A stretch of 64,000 bases of DNA from a phage, in sequence record PZ445514.1; one strand, given 5' to 3'. Of this stretch, positions 35,624-46,123 are shown piece by piece. Position numbers and translations under genes: made by a program. The notes under the pieces were generated by a model, which saw nothing but the letters and a program-made list of their open reading frames with translations, made no database searches and was not told the origin of the DNA. Numbering within the stretch: position 1 is the first letter of the stretch; every line of letters begins with the position of its first letter.

Positions 35624-35750
35624 GATATGACTTAAAACGCAACAGGAGCCCCTGCAGCGCACTTAACTCACCGCAGGTATAAGATTGCATTGCTAGGTAG
35701 TTTTGTGCGTCATTTTTAGTTACATAGCTTTCTAGACGGAGACTGATTAA

Positions 35751-36131
35751 ATGTGCAAGTGTAAATCCTATAATTGGAAAGTGAAAGGTGCCAAGCATCC
35801 AAATGTTATCGTTGATGTGCCTAAAAAGCTCCGTGACGGCAAAAAACGTGTGTGCCTTGATAAGTGCATGGTTAAGCCTATTATGAGTCTATGGGCAGCA
35901 GGATTGAAAACTCTAAACTGCTGCTGTGGTCACAACAAAGATGTTCCAAGCATCATTATCCCAGAAGATGCAGACCCTAAAGCTTATGCCAAAATACTGA
36001 CCCGCTACCCAAGCACCTTTCTGATCGGAAAATGGTGTCACGATGAACTTCAATGGTGGATAGCGTACGGTAGTGTAGGTGCTGCTTTTGGCTTCCCAGC
36101 TTTGTCAGAGCGCTACGTCAAAGCGTCATAA
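35751..36131 (+). CDS. hypothetical Cys-rich protein
   Basis: 126 aa; GGAGA upstream; clusters CKCK, CLDKC, NCCCGH suggest metal binding. Confidence 0.55.
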   Translation: MCKCKSYNWKVKGAKHPNVIVDVPKKLRDGKKRVCLDKCMVKPIMSLWAAGLKTLNCCCGHNKDVPSIIIPEDADPKAYAKILTRYPSTFLIGKWCHDELQWWIAYGSVGAAFGFPALSERYVKAS

Positions 36132-36236
36132 TCTGTTTTAAGGCCTCAAACGAGGCCTGTGCCTTCATAAATTGCCCTACCTTATGTGATTACCCTCCTG
36201 AACAAAATACCTCCCCAAAATCGTTTAAAATTAAGC

Positions 36237-36265
36237 TTGACCCCAACATCAGATCTATGTATGAT
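36237..36265 (+). promoter_or_regulatory. sigma70-type promoter (TTGACC -35, 17-nt spacer, TATGAT -10)
   Basis: Sits about 30 nt upstream of the RBS and ATG at 36296. Confidence 0.5.
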
Positions 36266-36295
36266 TATCTCACCAACCAAACAGGGGAGATCGTC

Positions 36296-36703
36296 ATGGA
36301 TAATCTTGCAAATGTGAACGTCGAAATTGTTAAACTAAAGTTTTTGGGATTTCGAGACCCTAATTCTTTAACAGCCATACTAATGGATACCCACTTCACG
36401 CCAGGGAAAGAGTACACCGCCTTCCGTTATATTTGTGGAGATCACGAATCAGCTTATAGTGTGAATACAAACCTCGGCGAGGGATATTTCATCAGAGATA
36501 TCACAGATCACTTATGGGGAATGTGGGAGTTGGTGGAAGAAGAGAATAAATCCCTTCCTAAAGAGATTTGGGTGCACACCTTCCACACAGGTAAGTTTGG
36601 AGGTACGGAACATAAGTCTATCCACTATGATGAAGAAAGTGCCATCAAACAACAAGCTGTGCTTGGTGGATCTGTAGAAAAATTTGTTAAATGCGAGGAC
36701 TGA
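36296..36703 (+). CDS. hypothetical protein
   Basis: Start set to ATG at 36296 after GGGGAGA; the ORF-track ATG at 36257 lies inside the predicted promoter. Confidence 0.55.
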   Translation: MDNLANVNVEIVKLKFLGFRDPNSLTAILMDTHFTPGKEYTAFRYICGDHESAYSVNTNLGEGYFIRDITDHLWGMWELVEEENKSLPKEIWVHTFHTGKFGGTEHKSIHYDEESAIKQQAVLGGSVEKFVKCED

Positions 36704-36706
36704 GAA

Positions 36707-36907
36707 ATGGCTGATTTTTGTAAAGATTGCTCTGAAGAGTTGTTTGGCTTTGACTGCAAAGATTTGGAAGGTCTGATCACTGAGGATCAGTGGAAGGAAG
36801 GCTATGCAGCACCTGTTATTTGTGAAGGTTGTGGCTATACCTATGTTGACCATAAAGGTAAGCGCGTCAAGCCGTCTGAAGATGGGGCATGTTGGGAGTA
36901 TTACTAA
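36707..36907 (+). CDS. putative zinc-ribbon protein
   Basis: 66 aa; CxxC pairs (CKDC, CEGC); GAGGA upstream; followed by strong terminator. Confidence 0.55.
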   Translation: MADFCKDCSEELFGFDCKDLEGLITEDQWKEGYAAPVICEGCGYTYVDHKGKRVKPSEDGACWEYY

Positions 36908-36912
36908 CTATA

Positions 36913-36946
36913 AAAAGAAAGGGGCCAAACGGCCCCTTTTTTATTT
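36913..36946. terminator. bidirectional rho-independent terminator between convergent operons
   Basis: GGGGCC-AAAC-GGCCCC flanked by AAAAAGAAA and TTTTTTATTT, between plus gene ending 36907 and minus gene ending 36956. Confidence 0.65.
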
Positions 36947-36955
36947 ACCCCCTTG

Positions 36956-39900
36956 TTAACGAGAAAAGGTTGCGTAGGCTTCTAGACGATACTGCTGGTC
37001 ACCAGGGAACATAACACCTATAGAGGCTGTCCCTAGAATCCTGCCTTCCTTTCCAGACTCCATTCTGAACCCTACCCATCCTGAACTCCTTGCAGCCTCG
37101 ATGTTGTCGCTATACCCGAAAGTGGCAAGATCGTCAACACCAGCCCCAAACAGCAACTGAAGCTGACTTCTAGGAAGCCCTATAATTTCAGGAATATACG
37201 CACCAAAGTACACCATCTGCCCTACCTTAGGACCGCTGCCGTACTCCATCGGTTTGCTTGTAGAGAAAGTCTTCATACCAGAAGTACCTGCCGGATTAGG
37301 GTATGCCCCGTTTGTTGCTGTACCTATCCACATTCTCCACTGTGGTGCCATCTGTTTGACAGTAAAAGATGTTGAAGACGTTTTGCGCCCTGCATCATCA
37401 GTAACTACAAACTTTATGGTGACATTCCCAGTAGCTTTAAATGTTACCAGCCCTGTGGCAGCATCCACTGTTGCAATGTTGGTATTACTACTTTCCCAAG
37501 TCTTTCTAATACCGGATACGTTGGAAGGGGTAATAGAAGGTTCCTGCATCTGCAGTTTACCACCCACAATCCCTATGCCGTTACCTGGGTTATACAACAC
37601 ACCAACTTCATCTATAATGTTACCTGCTTTGAGACTATACTTCCTTGAAAAGTTGTAGGTTCCGTTATAAGAGTGTGTCCCTGAGAAGGTGACATCTGCC
37701 TTCCCGTAAGATATGCAAACCAAAGCATACTTCCTGTCAGGCAACGTTTCCCCAGTCTCTGGGTGAGTTTTACCCACCTGGAACACACTCGGGTCAGTAG
37801 AGTCGTAACTATCGCTAATGGAGCTTGGACCGCCCATCAACTGTGACAAACAATTCCTTACCCATGTCCAGTTATTATCACTGGAGAAGTCCACAGTCAA
37901 ATCAAACACAACCCACTCATTCGGCTTCCACACAGGTGTTGCAATGGACTTGCCTACACCGCCTCCTTGGAGTGTTGCCGACTGTTCGGTGATCAGTGCC
38001 GCATAGGCCAGAGTTCCTAAACTCAGAGTCTGGCTTGCTGTCCTCACTACCTTAGAATCAGCATCTGTGAAGTTGTTGATGATTTGGAATGTACCATAAG
38101 TGTTTTTACAGGTAATTCTGGCGTTCAGTGTGTCAATCTTCCTCACATCTGCCATAGCAGTGTTAGACACAGAGAAGTCAGAAGCTTTAGCTGAGTTTGC
38201 CGCAACAGCAGGATCAACGTTAAGAGTTGCGTTGAACTGGCAAGCAGGGGTAACCAGCAGCTTGTTATCACCTATTTGCTTCCATGAAACACTTTGAACA
38301 GGAAGATTCCATTTAATACCTGAGAAAACTTTAGCAACCCTCGGCCCCAGAGCTCCAGTCCTGTTGTCTTTACAACACATAGACATGGTGATCGTTGACG
38401 GAGTGGCCTGACCAAATAATTGCTGTGCTTTTGCAGAGGACATGGTGTAGAAATTGTCCTTAACAAACTCATCAGCGGCTAAAGATCCATCAGCCCTCCA
38501 CCACTGGACCTGATACCCTGTTTTATCCCAACCACCGACCTGCTTCAAGTCCTCCCAGGAGATTTCTAGATCCCCGGTGGTAGGGTTGATTGCAGCAGTT
38601 CCTGGTGTTCCAGGTGACCACAATGGAATATCGAACCACGCTGGTTTAACAGACTGCACTGCGCTAGGGCCTATTGCGGCAGCAAGTTGCTGGCCCATCA
38701 ATACACGAGCATCTTTCACCAGACCCCACTCGATCATGGACCCAGAGTAACCTTCTTTCTTGTAGGCTGAGGATCCGTTCAAGTGGATAAGTCGGCTTGT
38801 GCCAAAGTTATATGCCCCGCCACCGTTATCATCTGCAAAATTGTATATGATTCTATCCCTAATATCCTTCCATGCCCTGCCGCCGATCTCGTAGTCATGG
38901 TCATAGCATCTTTGCAGCGTTGTCCAGCAAATGATCGCCATCCTTCTGCCGTCACTAAAGCCAAAGGCCTGATCGTTAAGCTCTCTCCACAAGTAGCAGT
39001 TAGTGGTCCACATAGCTCTGTGAATGTTGAACCAATTTATAGACCTGGCTGCATTGTTGTAGGCGGTGCCTTCTAGCGTAGGCCACACTGCATTAACCAG
39101 CATGTCCTCTGTCCCTGCGTCTATCAGGAATCCTCTCACTTTCTTACCCATTCCTACTCTATCCTTGGCAATCCATGAGCCGAACAATTTCAGTTTAGGA
39201 CCGATTACGGCATCCTCTGGATGCTCAAGAGAGACATACTTCAAGTATACTGTAGGATCACCGTAGGTGCCATCACAAACAGCTTTGTGCATGTTTTCAC
39301 CAAGGTCCAGACGGATACCTGTGAGAGTTTTGGTATCATCTGTGAACTTATCTGTCAAATCAAACTCGTACCACCACCACCCGGCTCCAAGTAAAACTTT
39401 CTTACAGCGTTTAGCGTCTGTGTCGGAGATTCTTTTATCCCCTGCATATGGCGAGTCTGCAAACTGGTAGTGCAGAGCAACTTCAAAAGGATGTGTGGAT
39501 GTCCCGTTTTCTGCAAGAACTTGCTTCCCGATCAGATCGCATTTAATAATCATCACGACACGTTTGTATCCATTGGCAACTGGAACGTCGAACGGATACC
39601 TCGCACCATCCATATTCGCATGCAAAGCTGCGAAATTTATGTATGGGTCAACAGCGTTACCTAAAGTTTCAGGCCCTGGGATCATCTTGTACTTCTTGAC
39701 CTGTCCCATGATATAGTCGCTGCCGTAGGTTGCAGCCTCGAAGCAAGAACCGCTGTCAGGCAGTTCAGCAGGACCCCAAAAGTATGCTCCGTAACAATTA
39801 TAGAACCATTTGTTAGGGTCATAGTTATTCTTGAAGGTCTGAACCTCGTTTGCCTGTTTCAACAAGAAAACCTGCGTATCTGTGAAGATTGCAGGGTTTA

Positions 39901-42592
39901 CTCTCGCCTGACGTGGAGGGTATCCTGTTGATTGGTTAAACCACTGATTACAAGAGTAATCCCTCATATAGTCATAATCAGAGTATTTGTTTGCATCCTC
40001 GTTCCAACACATGTTCAGGTTGGTACCGCCCATGCATACAATATATTCTGCGACATACTTATCACTTCTGGTAGGAATACCTATGAACCATCTGTTAACA
40101 GGCTCATCCCAAGCTGTGCGCTCATCTTTAACGCAGATAGCAATCCAGTCATGTGTTCCTGTTTTCTTGCACACATCTCGCTTCATGCCGTAGTAGAACT
40201 CTTTAGTATTCGGCTCAGGTGCATTTATCAGGTAACTCCATGCCTGGTCTGCATAGGTTCCATTGGTGCGAGGGTCATGATCAAAGGCATACATGATGAT
40301 CCTTTCCCCACCAAGATGTTCGCCAAGAGTAACTTTGACATTCACATCGCCGTAACCGTTGCGAACAACATCCATATTGTCAATAGAGATGCCTCTAGGG
40401 GTGTAGGCAATTTTCAGTGAGTTATCCTCACTAGTGCCTCCAAGGGTGATCCCTATGTTGTTTGTTGTCCCGTCGGCATATCTTACTGTAGCTTCCCAGC
40501 GTATTCCGAAATATCCTGCATCATGGCTAACAATTTTCAGTGTACGAGCACCAGAGTTAGGTTTTCCAGGATCAGGCCAAGGGTTTGGGTGTTCGTGAAC
40601 AGTCAACGATGTCCCGTTTTGTTCATTGACCTGCAACATTTTACCACCCCTTCCGTTTGGGTTGAACTCCCATAGGGCCTGTGTCTGCACCAAGTTATCA
40701 TAGGTATTTCGTCGCTGATTATAAATCTCTTGGGTAACATCATAAGTTACTGATCCAGCATCCATTCTATGGAGTCTGACCATATACGATGTATCCCCTT
40801 CTACTGCAGGCTGGGCCGCATTTAGTCCAAAGTATACAGTGTCATTAACATGGAACTGTTTGTTTCTACCGACAGTATGCCATTTACCATCAGACGGGTA
40901 AGCCGGGACAATAGTGTTCCAGTTCAAAGTCCTTGTTGTGTGGGTCCTGCCTGTGCCATGTTTGTCATGATAAGTTATTTTTACAGAGTACAGGCCACGT
41001 CTGTTAACATTCCTGTTATACTGGGTAACAATAACTTCGTTGGCTCCACCGTGGTTCCAGTTGGTAGAGAATTGGTAATTTGCATCTGTAACAACCGTGC
41101 CTGCAGCATTTACCAGTTCAATCTTGTCAATAATGAACGTGGCCCCTTCTGGCTGAGGCTTCAATTTCATCTTGACCGTATCACCAATGTAAATATTGCT
41201 AACGCTGCTAACACCGTTAACGTCGAAAATATCATCAACACCCCAACTGTCTACTGGGACATTTTTATACCAATTCTCAGGTACCTCCGTGAACCCTTGG
41301 CTATTAAGCCTGCCGCCAAACAGGTTATTAGAGCCTGCAAAACTTCCCCTTGGGATACCTGACCACCAAAGTTTACCATTAACAACAGTAAAGGTTCCTA
41401 AAAAACCTTCTCTGTGAATGCCTTGGAAATAAACACTCTCTGTCCAGCTAACTGGCAAACGTTGCTCAACATATTTAGCCGTAGCAAGGGCCTGGTAATG
41501 AATAAAATCGGCACGGGGGTTATTGTTTGCAGATTGTGCGCCAATATCGTTGCACAGGTTTCGAGAGAAGCCACGATACTGCTTGGTGCCGTTGTTGAAG
41601 AAAATACCACTGGTGCCATAGCCACGAGCCATTATTACTTCATGGGTGTAGGTAATATTTAATGGACGCCAGGTATCATCTCCCCAAACGTTTTGCCCGT
41701 AGAATACGTTAACAAGTTGTTGGTCATCAGGTCTGTGCATTCTTTGTGTTACAACCACTGCCCCGTTCGGACCGCACATGAACCCTTTCCACTCCTCATC
41801 TGCAGGAATACCTCTCAAATCGTCACGGGTAATCTGAGCAGGAGGCCAAACAAGGTCGTTTCTACTGTTGTTTCTCAGAAAATCGTACCCAGCAATCCAG
41901 AAACCTCTAGGACCACCGAAAATAACAGAGTTATCATGCACCTCACAGTTGATGCTTGGGTTTTTCCAAGGACCTGTTTCAGGATTTTCCGATGTTTCAC
42001 CAATCTTTACAGGAGTTGCATGCTGGTTTTTATCCACATGCAAAGATCCATAGGTGTTGTTACCAGATCCGTACAGGTGTAAAATGCCAGCGCCTTCTGC
42101 CTCTGCAATAACCCAGACCGTGTTGTTAATACCTCCCATCACCTCAATAAGGCGCTCTGGGTGGGTGTCAAGGTGCAACCCTTTAACGATCTGTTCAGGA
42201 AGAGGTGTCCACTCTCTTACACAAACATCATTACCGCCTGCAGCATCAGACCCAATAAGCCCTGCCGTGCAGCCGATGTAGAAAAACTGGTTATCAAAAG
42301 TTCGGATCACAAACGCACGGTCTGCTCTCCACACATGATCAACGTTCCAGGCAGCCTCGTTGGGATAGTTTATCGTGTCAAGATCCCCAGTGCGGCACTC
42401 TCCGAACCTGTTATAGCCCGTGATATTAAGTTGACCATCATCAAAAAGTATAGCTAAGCTATTTACATAGGATACTGTAGTGCTTGTGCCATCACTGTTG
42501 TCTATTGGGTATGACAGAACAGCAAGTTCCTTAATTCCACCCCTCTTATCGAGGAAATGACGACCAAGTTTTAGCAAAGGGATTGGAAGCAT
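36956..42592 (-). CDS. giant tail/host-recognition protein with Big_2-like Ig domain
   Basis: 1878 aa; Gly/Asn/Thr-rich beta-type sequence; Big_2-like segment NIATVDAATGLVTFKATGNVTIKFVVTDDAGRK; last gene of tail operon. Confidence 0.65.
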   Translation of the reverse strand: MLPIPLLKLGRHFLDKRGGIKELAVLSYPIDNSDGTSTTVSYVNSLAILFDDGQLNITGYNRFGECRTGDLDTINYPNEAAWNVDHVWRADRAFVIRTFDNQFFYIGCTAGLIGSDAAGGNDVCVREWTPLPEQIVKGLHLDTHPERLIEVMGGINNTVWVIAEAEGAGILHLYGSGNNTYGSLHVDKNQHATPVKIGETSENPETGPWKNPSINCEVHDNSVIFGGPRGFWIAGYDFLRNNSRNDLVWPPAQITRDDLRGIPADEEWKGFMCGPNGAVVVTQRMHRPDDQQLVNVFYGQNVWGDDTWRPLNITYTHEVIMARGYGTSGIFFNNGTKQYRGFSRNLCNDIGAQSANNNPRADFIHYQALATAKYVEQRLPVSWTESVYFQGIHREGFLGTFTVVNGKLWWSGIPRGSFAGSNNLFGGRLNSQGFTEVPENWYKNVPVDSWGVDDIFDVNGVSSVSNIYIGDTVKMKLKPQPEGATFIIDKIELVNAAGTVVTDANYQFSTNWNHGGANEVIVTQYNRNVNRRGLYSVKITYHDKHGTGRTHTTRTLNWNTIVPAYPSDGKWHTVGRNKQFHVNDTVYFGLNAAQPAVEGDTSYMVRLHRMDAGSVTYDVTQEIYNQRRNTYDNLVQTQALWEFNPNGRGGKMLQVNEQNGTSLTVHEHPNPWPDPGKPNSGARTLKIVSHDAGYFGIRWEATVRYADGTTNNIGITLGGTSEDNSLKIAYTPRGISIDNMDVVRNGYGDVNVKVTLGEHLGGERIIMYAFDHDPRTNGTYADQAWSYLINAPEPNTKEFYYGMKRDVCKKTGTHDWIAICVKDERTAWDEPVNRWFIGIPTRSDKYVAEYIVCMGGTNLNMCWNEDANKYSDYDYMRDYSCNQWFNQSTGYPPRQARVNPAIFTDTQVFLLKQANEVQTFKNNYDPNKWFYNCYGAYFWGPAELPDSGSCFEAATYGSDYIMGQVKKYKMIPGPETLGNAVDPYINFAALHANMDGARYPFDVPVANGYKRVVMIIKCDLIGKQVLAENGTSTHPFEVALHYQFADSPYAGDKRISDTDAKRCKKVLLGAGWWWYEFDLTDKFTDDTKTLTGIRLDLGENMHKAVCDGTYGDPTVYLKYVSLEHPEDAVIGPKLKLFGSWIAKDRVGMGKKVRGFLIDAGTEDMLVNAVWPTLEGTAYNNAARSINWFNIHRAMWTTNCYLWRELNDQAFGFSDGRRMAIICWTTLQRCYDHDYEIGGRAWKDIRDRIIYNFADDNGGGAYNFGTSRLIHLNGSSAYKKEGYSGSMIEWGLVKDARVLMGQQLAAAIGPSAVQSVKPAWFDIPLWSPGTPGTAAINPTTGDLEISWEDLKQVGGWDKTGYQVQWWRADGSLAADEFVKDNFYTMSSAKAQQLFGQATPSTITMSMCCKDNRTGALGPRVAKVFSGIKWNLPVQSVSWKQIGDNKLLVTPACQFNATLNVDPAVAANSAKASDFSVSNTAMADVRKIDTLNARITCKNTYGTFQIINNFTDADSKVVRTASQTLSLGTLAYAALITEQSATLQGGGVGKSIATPVWKPNEWVVFDLTVDFSSDNNWTWVRNCLSQLMGGPSSISDSYDSTDPSVFQVGKTHPETGETLPDRKYALVCISYGKADVTFSGTHSYNGTYNFSRKYSLKAGNIIDEVGVLYNPGNGIGIVGGKLQMQEPSITPSNVSGIRKTWESSNTNIATVDAATGLVTFKATGNVTIKFVVTDDAGRKTSSTSFTVKQMAPQWRMWIGTATNGAYPNPAGTSGMKTFSTSKPMEYGSGPKVGQMVYFGAYIPEIIGLPRSQLQLLFGAGVDDLATFGYSDNIEAARSSGWVGFRMESGKEGRILGTASIGVMFPGDQQYRLEAYATFSR

Positions 42593-42604
42593 TGTGTTCT
42601 CCAG

Positions 42605-42633
42605 ATAAGAAAACCGCCCCGTCAGGAGCGGTT
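42605..42633 (-). terminator. rho-independent terminator
   Basis: Minus strand AACCGCTCCTGACGGGGCGGTT followed by TTTCTT; downstream of gene ending at 42643. Confidence 0.5.
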
Positions 42634-42642
42634 AGATATATA

Positions 42643-44388
42643 TTAACGTTGTGCAATTACTACGTCTACGATATCACCAACACCACAATATGTTAATTGC
42701 AGCAAGGTAACACTATTAGCCTTGTTATTAATAACAGGTGTTGCCGACAGGATAGCATACTTATCGTGCAAAGTCACGTTGTGACCTACAGCATCCTGAA
42801 TGACATAGATAACTGCAGTGAATGGATAAGGTTTATCTTCCGCTGATGTCCCAGGCCACTGCCCTATTGTAAAATCCCCTTTCGCGTGGACAACATACAT
42901 GCTGGCCTGCCCGTTAGGTGTCCATGTCCCACTGGACGCGTCAACCTCCTCTAAGTCAAAATCTACCTTTCCTGCGTGGAAAGTAGGGGCAGTAATGGTT
43001 TTACCAGCCTCAATTTCTTGAGAGGTGGTTATCTTACCGCTGGAGTTAATGCCATTACAAACAAAGTTGACATTAGAGAAGTCTGGCAGCCACCCAGTCA
43101 CTGTGCCGGATATTTCAAGGTTGTGAAGGTAGGTGGTGCCCGTCCCTGCTGCGTTTAAACTAACATCTCCATTTACCTGCAAGTTTCGGGTAACGTTGCA
43201 GTTTTCAGAGTTTGCAGTTGTTGCAGTTAAAGTGGTGGTTGTCAGCTCGGTAATTGTACCTTTATTAGCTGTAAGCCCTTCTCCTTCAAAAGTTGCACGC
43301 TCATTAACTCTTAAGGTATTCAGAGCTATGTTTTGGATAGAGGCTGTACCTCGAATAACTACAGATCCACCAACCTCCAAATCGCCATTTATCAATGCGT
43401 CACCCGTGCTTTCAATATAGCTAGGGTAGATCATGGTGCCATCGACAGAGTAGGTTATCCCTGTAACAGTACCTGTCACCTCAAGGTTCTTAACCCTGGT
43501 GGTCCCATCGACCTGCAATGTCGGTTCGGTTGCTGCCTTCATGGCATTACCACGAATGTACACGTAGTCAAAAAAGTTATTACCCAGACCATCAAAATGT
43601 ACATCGTTATTATTAGCCACTGGTTTCCCAGAAGTTATAGTGTCAGCTATAATCCTGTGGGTAGACACTTCATGAGGTTGCAGCTCTGTGCTTCTCCAGT
43701 CTGCATGCTTAGGATCACTCCACGCAAAAGTAAGTGTAGAAGTATTTGCCGTGAGGATTAGGTTCCTGAAGCGTGCAGTAGAATCTGCTCCATTAACAGG
43801 CCCATGTAAGGTGAGTGTGCCCCCAACTATGGTGTTAGCAAGTTCTGTAAGACCTTTTACCACCAAAGACCCTACAGTAACTTTCATCCCCTCCATGGCT
43901 TCAAATATGCTATCCACATAGTCAACAACAAACTCTGTGTTTGCTATAGACTCAGACTTATCGTCCATTGGAGGCGTAGGTACTCGCGGGTCACCTTCGA
44001 ACCTCGGACTGTTAAGTTTTGCGTAGTATTTTGCCATTACTGCAGAGTCGGTATATAATCTCCAGTTTGGAGATTGTGAAGGATCTGCTGGCATTCTAAC
44101 CGGGTTAGATTTTGATGCTGCGGGAGCGTACCACCACTGAGGGCCTGTGTCCCCCTTAAACTCGTACAGCTGGTTAAAAACTGTTGTGGATGCACCATAC
44201 GCCCAAGGGATCGGTGGCGTTTTAAAATAAAGGGTGTCAAGCATGGCTTTTCGTACCGTAGGGATGGTGGTCCCATCCTCTACGACAACTTCATCCACAG
44301 CGTTACCGTTGACAATCAGGTGCAAACGTTCAGAATCAACAATTACTTGATCTACCGCCTGCTCAAAGCTTGTCATGTCTTGCGCCAT
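42643..44388 (-). CDS. putative tail fibre / receptor-binding protein
   Basis: 581 aa; repetitive G/T/N-rich beta segments; AAGGAGA upstream; terminator downstream. Confidence 0.6.
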   Translation of the reverse strand: MAQDMTSFEQAVDQVIVDSERLHLIVNGNAVDEVVVEDGTTIPTVRKAMLDTLYFKTPPIPWAYGASTTVFNQLYEFKGDTGPQWWYAPAASKSNPVRMPADPSQSPNWRLYTDSAVMAKYYAKLNSPRFEGDPRVPTPPMDDKSESIANTEFVVDYVDSIFEAMEGMKVTVGSLVVKGLTELANTIVGGTLTLHGPVNGADSTARFRNLILTANTSTLTFAWSDPKHADWRSTELQPHEVSTHRIIADTITSGKPVANNNDVHFDGLGNNFFDYVYIRGNAMKAATEPTLQVDGTTRVKNLEVTGTVTGITYSVDGTMIYPSYIESTGDALINGDLEVGGSVVIRGTASIQNIALNTLRVNERATFEGEGLTANKGTITELTTTTLTATTANSENCNVTRNLQVNGDVSLNAAGTGTTYLHNLEISGTVTGWLPDFSNVNFVCNGINSSGKITTSQEIEAGKTITAPTFHAGKVDFDLEEVDASSGTWTPNGQASMYVVHAKGDFTIGQWPGTSAEDKPYPFTAVIYVIQDAVGHNVTLHDKYAILSATPVINNKANSVTLLQLTYCGVGDIVDVVIAQR

Positions 44389-44397
44389 GATTTCTCC

Positions 44398-44664
44398 TTA
44401 AGCTTTTTGCTCTTCGTTTTTAACGTGGTCAGGGTGCTGGCAACCCCACCGGAGCGAGATGAATTTGCTAATAAGCTGGGGGCAAGCTACTGAAGGCGCG
44501 TATATCCACGCATACCATTCAGGAAGCGTATCATTATACCCCATATGAATAAACACCCCAGTCATCACCGCCATGCCTATGTTCGACCATAGCTTAGATT
44601 GGGACACTTTCGTAGGGTCATCGGATGCCGCAACCAGTCCCCATAAAAACTGAGTTAGTTTCAT
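44398..44664 (-). CDS. hypothetical small membrane protein downstream of tail fibre A
   Basis: 88 aa with hydrophobic segments; weak RBS. Confidence 0.45.
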   Translation of the reverse strand: MKLTQFLWGLVAASDDPTKVSQSKLWSNIGMAVMTGVFIHMGYNDTLPEWYAWIYAPSVACPQLISKFISLRWGCQHPDHVKNEEQKA

Positions 44665-44675
44665 TTACCCTCTTT

Positions 44676-45719
44676 TTAAGCATAAGATATAGTGATCCAT
44701 TGACCATTTACAAGTTTTTGGATAGCACCTGTCCAGTAGTCACCTTGATAAGGGTGTTTATAAGCGTAGTTACCAGAGCACATCACATGTCCAGGGTAGA
44801 CTCTTGACTCTCTGTAGGTGGTTTTGAAACGGTTTGCTATCCTTACATCATCAACCCCTCTGCTAGGCATAGGAATAGTAAGGTTACCACTGCTGTCTGC
44901 GCCGTTACCATTTACCCTGCGGACCACGTTTCTTCCACCAACTGTTGCATATTGGCCCCTGACGGTTTCATCGTTACAATCAACTCTTCCACCTATTTGA
45001 GCGCTTCCGCAGGATTGTTGTCCATTAACAGTGGCTCTTGGTATAGTAACTGCATTGGCATTTGCAGAGGAACTTTTTGCATCGTTGCATTCAAGATTTC
45101 CTTGGATAGCCAGTCTTGCACGGTTGGCAGTTATAGCATTGAGCTTCATAGCCGAAAACACAGGCTGCCCACCAGAAGGCTGAAATCTCCAACGGAACCC
45201 GTCTATTTGGTGAGAAGGATCATCAAGGTCTGTGCCGTCAGCACCACCGATGTTGTCCATAATCCAGAAATCCATAGTCGTCTTGTCTGGCGTTATGGTG
45301 GTATATATTGCCGCACTGTCTGTTGACGCAGATGCAAACTCGATTCTTTGGAGACCTAAAGTTTGAGTCTGAGTCATTATGTCTCCAGACTTGTCAACAT
45401 ATAGATCGTCCATTTCTTCAGGTGAGTATACATTGAGAACTTGACGTGCAGCAGCTTTGTCTGGAACGTCTGCTAGATTATTAGTGACCCTTAAGAATCT
45501 ATTATCCCATCCTGGGACAACATCTTCTGTTAAATGCTTTAACCACGCAGAAAGCATGTGAAGTTCAAAGTTAACAACTTCACATGCCATTCTTTGTGTC
45601 ATATCCCAACCTTTCAATCTCTCTTCTTTTTTTGGTTGAGACTTATTCAACTCTCCTGTATTTTCAAGCACAACATCCTGATTGGCCCAAATATCAAGAG
45701 GGATAACTGGTTTAGTCAT
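44676..45719 (-). CDS. tail fibre protein, paralog A
   Basis: Paralog of 46734-47774: shared N-terminus and C-terminal LVNGQWITISYA; ATG at 45719 after AGGAGAA. Confidence 0.65.
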   Translation of the reverse strand: MTKPVIPLDIWANQDVVLENTGELNKSQPKKEERLKGWDMTQRMACEVVNFELHMLSAWLKHLTEDVVPGWDNRFLRVTNNLADVPDKAAARQVLNVYSPEEMDDLYVDKSGDIMTQTQTLGLQRIEFASASTDSAAIYTTITPDKTTMDFWIMDNIGGADGTDLDDPSHQIDGFRWRFQPSGGQPVFSAMKLNAITANRARLAIQGNLECNDAKSSSANANAVTIPRATVNGQQSCGSAQIGGRVDCNDETVRGQYATVGGRNVVRRVNGNGADSSGNLTIPMPSRGVDDVRIANRFKTTYRESRVYPGHVMCSGNYAYKHPYQGDYWTGAIQKLVNGQWITISYA

Positions 45720-45808
45720 CACGTTCTCCTGAGAAAATTCCTTAGGACTATTTTAACACTTTAGAGAACAAAATGCAAGAACGGAGTCCTTTCCGTTCTG
45801 ACCTTTGT

Positions 45809-46123
45809 TTACCTTTTACTATGCTCTACGAGCATGTGCAAAATCTTTTGTACATCAGCTCGGATGCCGGAGACATCTGTCCTGACATCCTGCTTAAGGT
45901 CGTTAATATCGGCCTCTAGCTTGCTTAACCGGGTCTCGATAACGGAATCAAGTCTATCTTTTGTAACCATACTGTTTTTCACTAAGATGAGGTCTTTCTC
46001 CAGCTCATCTAACCTCTTGGAAATGCCTTTCCATTTGGTGTGCCACTGGTTGAAAGCCCATACACAGATCGGGACAACGGTACCCATGCAGATACCGTAC
46101 AATGCCGCCAAATCCAACTCCAC
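45809..46123 (-). CDS. hypothetical membrane protein with coiled-coil segment
   Basis: 104 aa; GTG start after AAGAGGAGG; N-terminal TM helix then heptad-like region. Confidence 0.5.
   Translation of the reverse strand: MELDLAALYGICMGTVVPICVWAFNQWHTKWKGISKRLDELEKDLILVKNSMVTKDRLDSVIETRLSKLEADINDLKQDVRTDVSGIRADVQKILHMLVEHSKR

Noticed and set aside
35616-35798. 60-aa minus-strand ORF within the plus-strand accessory block
   Set aside because: Opposite to local transcription, overlaps the start of the 35751 gene and its RBS, and has no RBS of its own
36141-36158. Stem-loop AGGCCTC-AAAC-GAGGCCT considered as a terminator
   Set aside because: No U-tract on either strand after the stem; kept only as a possible structure in the intergenic region upstream of the 36237 promoter
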